A DNA stretch of 53,700 bases from Coriobacteriales bacterium (GTDB taxonomy: Bacteria > Actinomycetota > Coriobacteriia > Coriobacteriales > CADBOM01). The notes under the pieces were generated by a model. The model had not been told where the DNA came from and searched no databases. It worked only from the letters and a program-made list of their open reading frames with translations. Where the stretch lies: NCBI GenBank assembly GCA_050946255.1, contig JBMNUL010000001.1, positions 1 through 53,700 on the forward strand, read 5' to 3'. Shown here in pieces: positions 26,826 through 36,615 of this stretch (its first letter is position 1; each line of letters begins with the position of its first letter). A program made the position numbers and the translations under genes.

Positions 26826-27194
26826 ATGCCGGATAGCGCTAGAAACATGAGCTTCACCTGTGTCAGCTGCCCACTAGGATGCCAGCTCGAAGTGCTTGTC
26901 GACGGTGGAAACGTGGTATCGGTTACGGGGAACAACTGCAACCGCGGCGTGGAGTACGCCAGAAGCGAGGCAACGGACCCCAAGAGGGTCGTGACGGCAC
27001 TGGTAGATGTGCGCGATTCGCAGATGCCGGCGTCCTGCCGCACCGAGTCGGCAATATCCAAGAGACTGATTCCCCAGTGCCTCAAGGTCCTGCGCGGAAT
27101 CGAGCTCGAGAAGCCGGTGCGTATCGGACAGGTGATTGTCGAGAATGTGTGCGACACCGGGGTCAACATCATCGCAACCAAGGACATCCTCTGA
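26826..27194 (+). CDS. DUF1667 domain protein, third subunit of the GlpA-like trio
   Basis: CVSCPLGCQLEV...NNCNRGVEYA Cys pattern. GGAGGGG RBS. Confidence 0.85.
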   Translation: MPDSARNMSFTCVSCPLGCQLEVLVDGGNVVSVTGNNCNRGVEYARSEATDPKRVVTALVDVRDSQMPASCRTESAISKRLIPQCLKVLRGIELEKPVRIGQVIVENVCDTGVNIIATKDIL

Positions 27195-27266
27195 GGTGTG
27201 CGCACAAGCGGCGTCGCCGGGGTCAACGTCATCGCAACCAAGGACGTCCTCTGAGGTGTGCGCACA
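27151..27266. repeat. Exact-period 60-bp tandem duplication covering the last 14 codons, the TGA and 12 nt of 3' flank
   Basis: GCGACACCGGGGTCAACATCATCGCAACCAAGGACATCCTCTGAGGTGTGCGCACA versus GCGTCGCCGGGGTCAACGTCATCGCAACCAAGGACGTCCTCTGAGGTGTGCGCACA. Confidence 0.9.
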
Positions 27267-27447
27267 GACACCACATCATCTTGTTTTCTCTTCTGGTAAA
27301 TGCAAAGTTACAAGTTAGATGTTGTTTTACTCTGAATGTTGTTGACATCCGGCAAATGTGGTTGCGGGGTGTATACTTTATTTGAAAATTTTTAGCTGTT
27401 TCAATCTCTATTTGTTCCCACCTTCGAGACGAAAAGGGTGACCATTC

Positions 27448-27894
27448 ATGTATTGCCCAGCATGCAATTACGAGGACACCAGAGTCATCGACTCCAGATT
27501 GGTGGAAGACGGCAAGGCCGTTAGAAGGCGCCGCGAATGTCTCAAGTGCGGCCATCGCTTCACAACATATGAGAGGCTGAACGAAAAGCCCCTCATCGTG
27601 ATAAAGAAGGACAAGAGCTCCGAGCCTTTCGACAGCAGCAAGATCCTCCGTGGCCTGATGACGGCCACTGCTAAGCGCAATGTCCCTATCAACGTTCTGC
27701 AAGATCTTATTGCCGACATTGAGAACGAGCTCAGGTCCAGCAGCCGAAGCGAGGTAACCTCGACGATGCTGGGCGATATGGTGCTTGAGAGGCTGAGGGA
27801 CGTCGACGAGCTCGCATACATTCGGTTTGCTTCTGTGTACAAGGATTTCAAGTCGATAGATGAGTTCGCTGACGCGATAAAAGGGCTCAATTAG
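27448..27894 (+). CDS. nrdR: Transcriptional repressor NrdR
   Basis: MYCPACNYEDTRVIDSR zinc ribbon plus an ATP-cone. Confidence 0.95.
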   Translation: MYCPACNYEDTRVIDSRLVEDGKAVRRRRECLKCGHRFTTYERLNEKPLIVIKKDKSSEPFDSSKILRGLMTATAKRNVPINVLQDLIADIENELRSSSRSEVTSTMLGDMVLERLRDVDELAYIRFASVYKDFKSIDEFADAIKGLN

Positions 27895-27997
27895 CGGCAT
27901 TTCACAATCTGGAGGAGCCCGCATTCATTAGTGTTAAACTGTTCACATTAAACAGGTGTTTCAGCCGGCATTTTTCGAATCAAGAGGCTTTCTTCCC

Positions 27998-28912
27998 ATG
28001 GACAATCAGCTTGAGGCCAAATTCTCGCAAACGGACGAGGGTCCAGATCTTGTCATCATCACTGGGATGTCGGGTGCAGGCCGAACCGAGGCAATGCACA
28101 CCTTCGAGGATCTGGGCTACTTCTGCATAGACAACCTGCCGCCGTCGTTGCTAATCAACCTGGTCTCCCTGGCCAGCCGTCCCGACGGGGAGAGTCGCAA
28201 GTTGGCCGTTGTCTGCGACCTGCGCTCGCGTGAGTTCTTCCCGGAACTGGTCGACGAGCTCAAGCGAATCTCCGAGGCGGGCCTCTCCTACACGGTGCTT
28301 TTCCTTGATTCCGACACAAAATCGCTGCTCACCAGATTCAAGGAGACGCGAAGACGCCATCCTCTCTGCGAGGGTGGCATGACGATTGTCGCTGGCATCG
28401 AGAAGGAGCGCAAGTTGCTCGAAGATGCCAAGGAAATTGCAGATTACGTTATCGATACCGGTCAGATGAAGCCCCAGGAGCTTCGCAAGACCATCCGCTC
28501 GCTGTTCTCCACAGATGGTGGAATCGACGGGCTCAAGGTCTCCGTGTTCTCCTTCGGCTTCAAGCACGGCACTCCGATGGACGCAGACATACTTATCGAT
28601 GTGCGATTTCTGCCAAACCCGTTCTACGAGCCGGATCTCCGCTTGCACACGGGCCTCGATGATGATGTACGCGAGTTCATCCTCAGCAAGCCACAGACCA
28701 AGGAGTTCTTGGACAAGTGGTATGGGCTGCTCGACGTCGTCATGCCCGGCTATGTGGAGGAGGGGAAGCAATACATCTCCATCGGCTTGGGCTGCACCGG
28801 CGGTCAGCATCGCAGCGTGACTTTGGCACAGGAGACATACGAGCATCTCGTGTCGAAAGGTTATTCTGCGACGATCACGCATCGTGACATCGCTCTTGCA
28901 GAGGTGAACTGA
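27998..28912 (+). CDS. rapZ: RNase adapter / nucleotide-binding protein RapZ (YvcJ)
   Basis: Walker A ITGMSGAGRTEA and C-terminal CTGGQHRSV. The ATG at 27998 is preferred over the GTG at 27956. Confidence 0.9.
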   Translation: MDNQLEAKFSQTDEGPDLVIITGMSGAGRTEAMHTFEDLGYFCIDNLPPSLLINLVSLASRPDGESRKLAVVCDLRSREFFPELVDELKRISEAGLSYTVLFLDSDTKSLLTRFKETRRRHPLCEGGMTIVAGIEKERKLLEDAKEIADYVIDTGQMKPQELRKTIRSLFSTDGGIDGLKVSVFSFGFKHGTPMDADILIDVRFLPNPFYEPDLRLHTGLDDDVREFILSKPQTKEFLDKWYGLLDVVMPGYVEEGKQYISIGLGCTGGQHRSVTLAQETYEHLVSKGYSATITHRDIALAEVN

Positions 28913-30072
28913 TGGATACCTCTCCAGATGTGGCAAATCTCCCGCTTTCAAGCTCGGGGTGGAACCTCAAGGATTCCCGCGAGAAGATGGGCGACAAGTT
29001 CAAGGGCTACAAGGCCGTTGTCATAGGTGGCGGAACTGGAGCTCCAGTTTCGATAAAGACGCTGCTGGCAATGGGAGTGGAGACCTCCGCTGTCGTGGCG
29101 ATGACCGATGACGGCGGATCGACAGGTCTGATAAGGGAAGTCACCGACGCCATTCCTCCCGGAGACATCCGCAAGTGCCTCACGGCGATGGCAGCAGATG
29201 GGTCGGATCCCATGGTGGAGGCGTTCAAGTACAGGTTCAACTACGCCTACAACCACACGCTCGGGAACCTGATGATCACGGCGCTCGCCGATGTCTCCTC
29301 GTTCACCCAGGCGATATCTATCTGCGAGAACATCTTGGGGTGCATCGGACACGTCTACCCCTCGACTCTCGATCACATCACGCTCGAGGGAATCACGAGG
29401 GACGGCAGACTCCTGCACGGTCAATCTACGATAGCCCACAGCGATACGGCGCTCGACCATGTTTGGGTGAGCCCGGAAAATCCCGCTCCATACCGCCCTG
29501 CTCTCAAGGCGATTAGAGAGGCCGACATGATCGTCTTGGGTCCTGGCTCCCTCTTCACCTCCATCATCCCCAACCTTCTGATTCCAGGGGTAGTCGATGC
29601 GATAAAGCAGAGCGGGGCAAAGACCGTGTTCCTATGCTCGGTGGCGGACATGCAGGGCGAAACCTGGGGGCTCGATTGCTCCGAGCATGTGCAGGCGCTT
29701 CTGGACCACGGCATGCGCGATATATTGCACGTGGTATGCATCAATTCGGTGAAGAAGACTCCGGATGCCAATTCCACTGCTGAGATGGTCGCTCTGGGGA
29801 AAATAGATCCCAAGGATGTTCAGATCAGGGAGTTCGAGACTTTCAGCGCCGATAGCGACGAGGTTCCAGGTAGCAACATTGCCACGCCGAAATCAAGGGT
29901 GCTACGCCGCGTACCTGTCAATGTCGAGATCGTGAACCGCATCAAGCGGTCTGTGCCGATCGTGATCGAGAGGCAGTTGGCCGATCCGATTTTCCCAACG
30001 TGGCATAGCCCTAGGGTGTTGGGAGAGGTTTTCAAGGGGGTGTTGGGCCTTTGTCGTTCGCCGGAGAAATAA
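28912..30072 (+). CDS. yvcK: YvcK/CofD-like gluconeogenesis (cell-shape) factor
   Basis: VVIGGGTGAPV and GPGSLFTSIIPNLL motifs. The ATG overlaps the rapZ stop (TGATG). Confidence 0.9.
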   Translation: MDTSPDVANLPLSSSGWNLKDSREKMGDKFKGYKAVVIGGGTGAPVSIKTLLAMGVETSAVVAMTDDGGSTGLIREVTDAIPPGDIRKCLTAMAADGSDPMVEAFKYRFNYAYNHTLGNLMITALADVSSFTQAISICENILGCIGHVYPSTLDHITLEGITRDGRLLHGQSTIAHSDTALDHVWVSPENPAPYRPALKAIREADMIVLGPGSLFTSIIPNLLIPGVVDAIKQSGAKTVFLCSVADMQGETWGLDCSEHVQALLDHGMRDILHVVCINSVKKTPDANSTAEMVALGKIDPKDVQIREFETFSADSDEVPGSNIATPKSRVLRRVPVNVEIVNRIKRSVPIVIERQLADPIFPTWHSPRVLGEVFKGVLGLCRSPEK

Positions 30073-30965
30073 GAGACGAGCTATCGAGGGTCGAGCCCCA
30101 TTGCGAGGACTGCAAGAAGGCAGAGCTTTCGGCGCTTATCAAGATCGGTGGCAAGCTCTCTGCAAACTACCGTCTCGAGATAACCACGGAGACGGCTTCT
30201 GTTGCCCGCAGGATTGTCGGGCTCATCCATGACGTGTTCTCGCTCAAGACCGAGATAACCACCAGGAAGAGCGTCCTGCACAAGTCTTACAACTACCTGA
30301 TTACCGTTCCTGCCCAAATTGGGCTGGAAGACGCACTCCACGAATTGGGGATTATCTCTGACGAGGGGTTGGAGTTCGGAGTTCCTCCCAGCCTTTTGAA
30401 GAAGGAATGCTGTCGTGCCGCGTTCCTCCGGGGGACGTTCCTCGGAGGTGGGTTCATCTCCGATCCAAGGGGCGATTTCCACTTCGAGCTGACGACTGCC
30501 CACGAGGAACTAGCACAGGGAATCGCCGGAATCATGGTTGACATTGGAATACCGGCAAAGGTCTCTCAGCGTCGCGGAACCTACGTGATCTATCTCAAGG
30601 GGGCAGAGGGAATCGCAGACTTCCTGGCTTTCACTGGAGCGCATCGCGGGGTGCTGGCGATGGAGAACATCCGCGTGACGAAGTCGGTCAGAAACGATGT
30701 CAACCGCAGGCTCAATGCCGAGATGGCAAATCAGGCCAAGAGCATCGATGCCGCGATGGAGCAGGTTCGCGCCATCCAGACATTCATTGACAAGAAGGGG
30801 CTGGAGAGTCTTCCTCCCGCACTACAGGATCTGGCACTGTTGAGGTTGGAGCATCCTGATGTATCATTGCGAGAGCTAGGAGAACTTGCCGACCCACCGC
30901 TTTCAAAGTCGGCTGTTTATCATAGAATTAGACGTATCGAGGCCATGGCCAAGGACATCAAATGA
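30051..30965 (+). CDS. whiA: DNA-binding protein WhiA
   Basis: TTG start. LAGLIDADG-like N-terminal domain and C-terminal HTH (LSKSAVYHRIRRI). Conserved rapZ-yvcK-whiA order. Confidence 0.93.
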   Translation: MSFAGEIRDELSRVEPHCEDCKKAELSALIKIGGKLSANYRLEITTETASVARRIVGLIHDVFSLKTEITTRKSVLHKSYNYLITVPAQIGLEDALHELGIISDEGLEFGVPPSLLKKECCRAAFLRGTFLGGGFISDPRGDFHFELTTAHEELAQGIAGIMVDIGIPAKVSQRRGTYVIYLKGAEGIADFLAFTGAHRGVLAMENIRVTKSVRNDVNRRLNAEMANQAKSIDAAMEQVRAIQTFIDKKGLESLPPALQDLALLRLEHPDVSLRELGELADPPLSKSAVYHRIRRIEAMAKDIK

Positions 30966-31059
30966 GGAAATATCCGAGTCATTAGCGAGTTTTGCACGTT
31001 TTCTCTCAGCTATTGACTTGGCAGCTTTCAAATAATTCTTGCGGCGAAAGGATTTTATA

Positions 31060-32070
31060 GTGGCTATCAAAGTTGGCATCAACGGATTCGGACGTATCGG
31101 CAGACTGGTTTTCCGGGCTATGGAGAAGGACCCGGATTTCGAGATAGTGGCAGTCAATGGCACTAGGGATCTTGCAACGGCAGCCCATCTTCTCAAGTAC
31201 GATTCTGTTCACGGGCGCGTCTACGACAGCGTCGAGGTCGGCGACGGCGGCATCGTGGTGGATGGGCATTTTGTCCCCGTCTACAACGAGCGTCAGGACA
31301 TCTCGAACATTCCGTGGGACAAGTACGGTGCAGAGGTCGTCATAGAATCCACCGGAAAGTACAAGACCGGAGCTGATGCCAGCAAGCATCTCGGTGGGAG
31401 CGTCAAGAAGGTCGTGATCACGGCTGCTGGGAAAGACGTGGATGCCACGATCGTCATGGGCGTGAACCAGGAGATTTACGACTACGATAAGCACAACATC
31501 GTCTCCAATGCATCATGCACCACCAACTGCCTTGCCCCCATTGCCAAGGTCCTCGACGACTCCTTTGGAATCAAGCGCGGCTACATCAACACGATTCACA
31601 GCTACACCAACGATCAGCAGATGTTGGACAAGTCCCACAAGGACCTCCGCCGTGCACGTGCCGGCGCCGTCTCGATCATCCCCACCACCACCGGTGCCGC
31701 CAAGGCAATAGGTGTGGTTCTGCCACAGCTTGCCGGCAAGCTCGATGGAATGGCCACCAGGGTCCCGACTCCCGATGGGTCGATGGTCGACCTCGTGGTG
31801 GAGCTTGAAAAGGAAGTCACCAAGGAGGAAGTCAACTCTGCGATGAAGGCTGCCTCCGAGGGCTACATGAAGGGCTACATCGAGTACTGCGCCGATCCGA
31901 TCGTCTCCTGCGACGTCATCGGGAACAAGTACTCGGCGATTTTCGATAGCTTGCTCACGATGGTCACCAACGAGCCTTCCAACATGGTCAAGGTCATCGC
32001 CTGGTACGACAACGAGGCCGGATATTCCGAGAGGGTCAAGGATCTCGCCAAGTTCATAATGCAGAAATAG
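31060..32070 (+). CDS. gap: Glyceraldehyde-3-phosphate dehydrogenase
   Basis: GTG start gives VAIKVGINGFGRIGR. Catalytic SNASCTTNC motif. GAAAGGA RBS. Confidence 0.95.
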   Translation: MAIKVGINGFGRIGRLVFRAMEKDPDFEIVAVNGTRDLATAAHLLKYDSVHGRVYDSVEVGDGGIVVDGHFVPVYNERQDISNIPWDKYGAEVVIESTGKYKTGADASKHLGGSVKKVVITAAGKDVDATIVMGVNQEIYDYDKHNIVSNASCTTNCLAPIAKVLDDSFGIKRGYINTIHSYTNDQQMLDKSHKDLRRARAGAVSIIPTTTGAAKAIGVVLPQLAGKLDGMATRVPTPDGSMVDLVVELEKEVTKEEVNSAMKAASEGYMKGYIEYCADPIVSCDVIGNKYSAIFDSLLTMVTNEPSNMVKVIAWYDNEAGYSERVKDLAKFIMQK

Positions 32071-32092
32071 CTGCTCAAAATATGTAGAAAAT

Positions 32093-32123
32093 GCGGCTGC
32101 AACCTCGGATTGGCTGCAGCCGC
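32093..32123 (+). terminator. Hairpin between gap and pgk (attenuator or processing site)
   Basis: 9-bp stem GCGGCTGCA/TGCAGCCGC followed by ATCATTTAG. Confidence 0.45.
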
Positions 32124-32201
32124 ATCATTTAGTGGGATAATACAATACATTTAGCAACATTAATCTCAGAAAAGATAAACCCAATATCGAATCGAGGCGA
32201 T

Positions 32202-33386
32202 ATGAAGAGCATTCGCGATGTTGACGTGAAGGGCAAGCGCGTTTTGGTGCGCGTCGACTTCAACGTCCCAATGTCCGAGGGAACCGTTACAGAGGACAAG
32301 CGCATCCGTGGTGCGCTCCCAACCATCGAGTACCTTCTAAACAACGGGGCCAGGGTCATCTTGGTAAGCCATCTCGGCAGGCCTTCCGGTAAGGGCTTCG
32401 AGGCCGAGTTCTCGATGGTGCCCGCGGCCAGGGTCTTGAGCAGGCTCCTCGGCAAGACCGTTAAGACCGTTCCGGTGGTCATCGGAGACAGGGCGATCAA
32501 TGCCTCAAAGTCTCTCGCAGACGGCGAGATCATGATGGTGGAGAACGTCAGGTTCGATGCCAGGGAGAAGAAAAACGACCCGGAATTCGCCCAAGAGCTC
32601 GCAAAGCTCGGAGATATCTACGTCGACGATGCCTTCGGATGCGCTCACAGGAGCCATGCCTCGATCGATGCGATCACGAAATACCTGCCCTCTTATGCAG
32701 GCTTTCTGCTGCAAAACGAGGTCGAAACCCTTACCGGCGTAGTGGAGAACCCAAAGCGTCCGTTCATGGCGATTCTCGGTGGAGCAAAGGTCTCAGACAA
32801 GATTGCCCTGGTCGACAGAATGCTCGACAACGTTGACTCCCTTATCATCGGTGGAGGAATGTGCTTCACGTTCCTTAAGGCAAAGGGTTACGAGACCGGC
32901 ACATCGCTCGTCGAGGCAGATTGGGTGGAGCGCGCAGGCGAGATGCTTGCCAAGGCGGAGAAGAACGGAGTCGAGCTTCTGCTCCCGCTCGATTTCGTGG
33001 TCGCGGATATGCTACGGGAGGATGCCAGCACCAAGGTCTGCTCTGTCGACGAGATTCCCGACGACATGATGGGTCTCGACATCGGTCCGGCCACCTGCGA
33101 GTTCTTCAAGGAGAAGATTGCGTCGATGAAGACGATAGTCTGGAACGGTCCCATGGGCGTCTTCGAAATGAAGCCGTTCGAGGACGGGACCAGGCGCGTG
33201 GCACAGGCCATCGCATCCAACAAGGACGCGATTACTGTCATTGGTGGGGGAGACTCAGCTGCCGCTGTCTCGAAGTTCGGTCTCGAGGACGAGATGACGT
33301 TCATCTCCACCGGTGGAGGAGCCTCTATGCAGCTGCTAGAGGGGACGCCCCTTCCCGGAGTCGTGGCCTTGAACGCCCAGGAGTAG
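32202..33386 (+). CDS. pgk: Phosphoglycerate kinase
   Basis: VLVRVDFNVP, SHLGRP and STGGGA motifs. Confidence 0.97.
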   Translation: MKSIRDVDVKGKRVLVRVDFNVPMSEGTVTEDKRIRGALPTIEYLLNNGARVILVSHLGRPSGKGFEAEFSMVPAARVLSRLLGKTVKTVPVVIGDRAINASKSLADGEIMMVENVRFDAREKKNDPEFAQELAKLGDIYVDDAFGCAHRSHASIDAITKYLPSYAGFLLQNEVETLTGVVENPKRPFMAILGGAKVSDKIALVDRMLDNVDSLIIGGGMCFTFLKAKGYETGTSLVEADWVERAGEMLAKAEKNGVELLLPLDFVVADMLREDASTKVCSVDEIPDDMMGLDIGPATCEFFKEKIASMKTIVWNGPMGVFEMKPFEDGTRRVAQAIASNKDAITVIGGGDSAAAVSKFGLEDEMTFISTGGGASMQLLEGTPLPGVVALNAQE

Positions 33387-33417
33387 AATCTTCTGGAAGC
33401 TCGATTGTCGCAATACC

Positions 33418-33455
33418 GCGCTCGGAGGGCTTTCCCGCCGGGCGCGTTTTATTTC
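33418..33455 (+). terminator. Intrinsic terminator-like hairpin between pgk and tpiA
   Basis: GCGCTCGG...CCGGGCGC stem with an inner GGG/CCC extension, then GTTTTATTTC. Confidence 0.6.
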
Positions 33456-33489
33456 AAAGCTTCAAGTTAGTGGAAGAGGGGGACCTCAG

Positions 33490-34281
33490 ATGTCTCGCAA
33501 ACCTGTAGTCGCTGGAAATTGGAAGATGAACACCACTTGGGGATCTGCGGTCAGGCTATCGCAGACGATCTCCGACAACTGCCTCGGCAAGTACGAGGAC
33601 CTGGACATCGTTCTCTGCCCGCCCTTCACATGCATAAAGGGAGTCTCGAACGTCCTGGATTTCGATAGGTCGACGATCAATGTCGGCGCACAGAATGTGC
33701 ACGAGACCATGCCAGAGGGCAATGCCGCTTGCACGGGTGAGATTTCCGTGGAGATGCTGGTAGATCTCGGCTGCTCCTACTGCATCGTGGGTCATTCCGA
33801 AAGAAGGGCCGCCAATGGGGAGACCGATGCCTTGGTCAACCAGAAGGCCAAGCTGCTGCTCGACCACGGATTGTTCCCGATAATCTGCTGTGGGGAGAGC
33901 GCGGAGACCAACGAGAGGGGAGACACTGCCGAGTTCGTCTCTGGCCAGGTTTCCGCCGCGTTGGATGGAATCTCCTCGGATAAAGTGACGTCCATTGTTA
34001 TCGCCTATGAGCCAATCTGGGCGATTGGAACCGGCAAGGTACCTATTCCCGAGGACGTAGACGTCATCCTATCTGGGATTCGCGAGGTCGTGGCAAACGG
34101 CTTCGGTTCTGATGCGGCGCAGAAGATCAGAGTCCTCTATGGCGGGTCGATGAAACCCGAGAACGCCGAGATGTTCCTCAAGATGGAGAATATCGACGGC
34201 GGTCTCATTGGAGGGGCCTCGCTCGATGCCTCCAAGTTCGTGGATATCATCGAGACCTGCTACAACGTAAAGTGTCGATAA
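33490..34281 (+). CDS. tpiA: Triosephosphate isomerase
   Basis: AGNWKMN, VGHSERR and AYEPIWAIGTG motifs. Confidence 0.97.
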   Translation: MSRKPVVAGNWKMNTTWGSAVRLSQTISDNCLGKYEDLDIVLCPPFTCIKGVSNVLDFDRSTINVGAQNVHETMPEGNAACTGEISVEMLVDLGCSYCIVGHSERRAANGETDALVNQKAKLLLDHGLFPIICCGESAETNERGDTAEFVSGQVSAALDGISSDKVTSIVIAYEPIWAIGTGKVPIPEDVDVILSGIREVVANGFGSDAAQKIRVLYGGSMKPENAEMFLKMENIDGGLIGGASLDASKFVDIIETCYNVKCR

Positions 34282-34418
34282 ACGCCCGTTTGCCATAAGG
34301 AACTGCACCTGCTATTCCTCAGGTGGCATTCTTAAATGAGAGCTGAACCTTGCTCTGGAGAATGCTCCTGCCCTTGCTGTCTTCTCCGGTTCTTAATTGA
34401 TGAAAGGCGGTATCTGTC

Positions 34419-35984
34419 ATGAAGAGTCCTGCGCTGTTGGTTATCATCGACGGATTTGGAATCGATGCACCAGGTCCAGGGAATGCCGCATCGCTTGCGA
34501 ACAAGCCGTTCATCGACAGCCTTCTGTCGGGCGACGTGTATCCCGCGAGGACAATCGAGGCTTCCGGTGAGGATGTGGGATTACCGGCAGGGCAGATGGG
34601 AAATTCCGAGGTAGGACACTTGAACATCGGTTCCGGCAGAATCGTCTACCAAGACCTCTCCCGCATCAACAATGCCGTGGCGGATGGCACCTTCTTCACG
34701 AACCCGGCGTTCACGAAGCTGTTCTCGGACGTCAAGAAAAACGGCGGTGCGCTGCACGTTATGGGGCTTCTCTCCGACGGAGGTGTGCACAGCGAGTTCA
34801 CCCATCTCAAGGCAGTTCTCGAGATGGCCGCCCAGAGCGGAGTGGGGAGGATCATCGTCCATCCTTTCCTAGACGGCAGGGATGTTTCCCCCACAAGCGG
34901 TGTCAAGTACCTAAAAGAGCTCGAGAAGCTGGTCAAGATCATCTCCACCGATTCTGACAACATCGTCGAGATCGGTTCTATCGGTGGACGCTATTACGCG
35001 ATGGACAGGGACAATCGTTGGGACAGGGTCAAGAATGCGTGGGACGTCATTGCGATCCCGGACCCCGCAAATCACCACATCGAAACCTCTCTAACGCCTT
35101 CTGAGGCGGCAGAGCGCTCTTATGCCAATGGAGTTACCGACGAGTTTGTGGAGCCAATCTCGTTCACCGACAGGGGAGTGCGAGATGGCGACGGAATCGC
35201 CTTCATCAACTTCAGGCCCGACAGGGCCCGCGAGATCACCCGCGCATTCACGCAGGAGGATTTCAAGGAGTTCGACAGGCCGATCTTTCCCAAGGTCGGC
35301 TATGTTTGCATGACCGAATACGACGAGACGTTCGACCTCCCGGTTGCCTTCCCGAAGGAAGTCCCCGAGATGGTCTTGGCAGACAAGATATCGGAGCTGG
35401 GCTACAAGCAGTTCCACATCGCCGAGACCGAGAAGTACGCGCATGTCACATTCTTCCTGAATGGTGGCGTGGAGGCTCCTAAGGAGGGAGAGCAGCGAGT
35501 CTTGATTCCCAGCCCCAAAGTCGCGACATACGACCTGCAGCCGGAAATGAGCGCTGTCGAGATCACCGACAAGCTGACGGCTGCGATGTCCGAGGGTGCT
35601 GCCGAGTTCTATATCGTCAACTACGCCAACTGCGACATGGTTGGACACACCGGAAACATCGAGGCGGCGAAAGTCGCAGTAGAGACCGTGGACAAGTGCT
35701 TGGAGAGATTGATAGGCCTGCTCGTTGAGCTAAAGGGCGTGGCAATTGTGACCGCCGACCATGGAAACGTTGAGAAGATGATCAACGACGATGGGACCCC
35801 CCATACTGCTCACACCACCGCGAGCGTGCCGTTCGTCGTCATCGACGCTTCTGGCGACGGCAGGAAGATCGAGCTGGAGGATGGCGAGGGCAGGCTTGCC
35901 GACATCGCGCCCACGCTGTTCGACCTTGCTGGAATCGATGATGTGCCCAGCGAGTGGACGGGCAGGAGCCTGATAAAGAAGTAA
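34419..35984 (+). CDS. gpmI: 2,3-bisphosphoglycerate-independent phosphoglycerate mutase
   Basis: LVIIDGFG, GNSEVGHLNIG and TADHGN motifs. Confidence 0.97.
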   Translation: MKSPALLVIIDGFGIDAPGPGNAASLANKPFIDSLLSGDVYPARTIEASGEDVGLPAGQMGNSEVGHLNIGSGRIVYQDLSRINNAVADGTFFTNPAFTKLFSDVKKNGGALHVMGLLSDGGVHSEFTHLKAVLEMAAQSGVGRIIVHPFLDGRDVSPTSGVKYLKELEKLVKIISTDSDNIVEIGSIGGRYYAMDRDNRWDRVKNAWDVIAIPDPANHHIETSLTPSEAAERSYANGVTDEFVEPISFTDRGVRDGDGIAFINFRPDRAREITRAFTQEDFKEFDRPIFPKVGYVCMTEYDETFDLPVAFPKEVPEMVLADKISELGYKQFHIAETEKYAHVTFFLNGGVEAPKEGEQRVLIPSPKVATYDLQPEMSAVEITDKLTAAMSEGAAEFYIVNYANCDMVGHTGNIEAAKVAVETVDKCLERLIGLLVELKGVAIVTADHGNVEKMINDDGTPHTAHTTASVPFVVIDASGDGRKIELEDGEGRLADIAPTLFDLAGIDDVPSEWTGRSLIKK

Positions 35985-36248
35985 CCGGCTGCTAGAGGAG
36001 GGCCTGAGGTTCTTCTCATATCGCGGAATTCGGGCTGTCTGAGACCCATGTTATTGGCGAATCGAGCAACCGTAAACGATTCTTGCTTATTTTGCCTGGG
36101 CTATTGATAATTGACCATTGGCATGAATAAACCTGCTGTTTGCAGTTTGCGATTCTTGCTTCACTATGCTGGGAGGTTATACTTTCAATTCCATGGGTTT
36201 TCGATATATGCCTTAGGTTGAAGATAATAGAGCATTAGGAGATTTGCT

Positions 36249-36488
36249 TTGAGTCCTTTGCTGATAATCACATTGATTCTCTGGTTGATATCTGGAGTCG
36301 GCCTTGTCATCATGATCATGCTCCACTCTGGTAAGGGGACCGGCATCAGCGATGCCCTGGCCAGCAGCTTCAGCGGCACGATGTCTGGAACTTCGATCAT
36401 TGAGAAAAACTTGGATAGGATCACGATCATCCTGGCAATTATTTTCATTGCCAGTATTTTGGTGATGATGGTGATTTATCCGCACTAG
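36249..36488 (+). CDS. secG: Preprotein translocase subunit SecG
   Basis: 79 aa with two TM helices and LHSGKGTG. TTG start 6 nt after AGGAGA. Conserved position after the glycolytic genes. Confidence 0.85.
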   Translation: MSPLLIITLILWLISGVGLVIMIMLHSGKGTGISDALASSFSGTMSGTSIIEKNLDRITIILAIIFIASILVMMVIYPH

Positions 36489-36528
36489 TTGTGCTAACAT
36501 GCCATTTGCACAAGTTGCGTTTTGAAAT

Positions 36529-36615
36529 GTCGGTGTGGCGGAACGGCAGACGCGCTAGCTTGAGGGGCTAGTGTCCGCAATGGACATGAGGGTTCAAATC
36601 CCTCCACCGACACCA
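36529..36615 (+). tRNA. tRNA-Leu (anticodon GAG), long variable arm, CCA encoded
   Basis: Hand-folded. Anticodon arm is CTAGC-TTGAGGG-GCTAG, T-arm is GGTTCAAATCC, followed by TCTTTTTTC. Confidence 0.95.

Noticed and set aside
27192-27266. Programmed TGA recoding (selenocysteine or read-through) at the duplicated stop.
   Set aside because: There is no SECIS-like stem-loop of appropriate size. The only structure is a loop-less 10-bp palindrome, no sel genes are in the window, and the added peptide is just a copy of the existing tail. I treat it as a duplication, not recoding.
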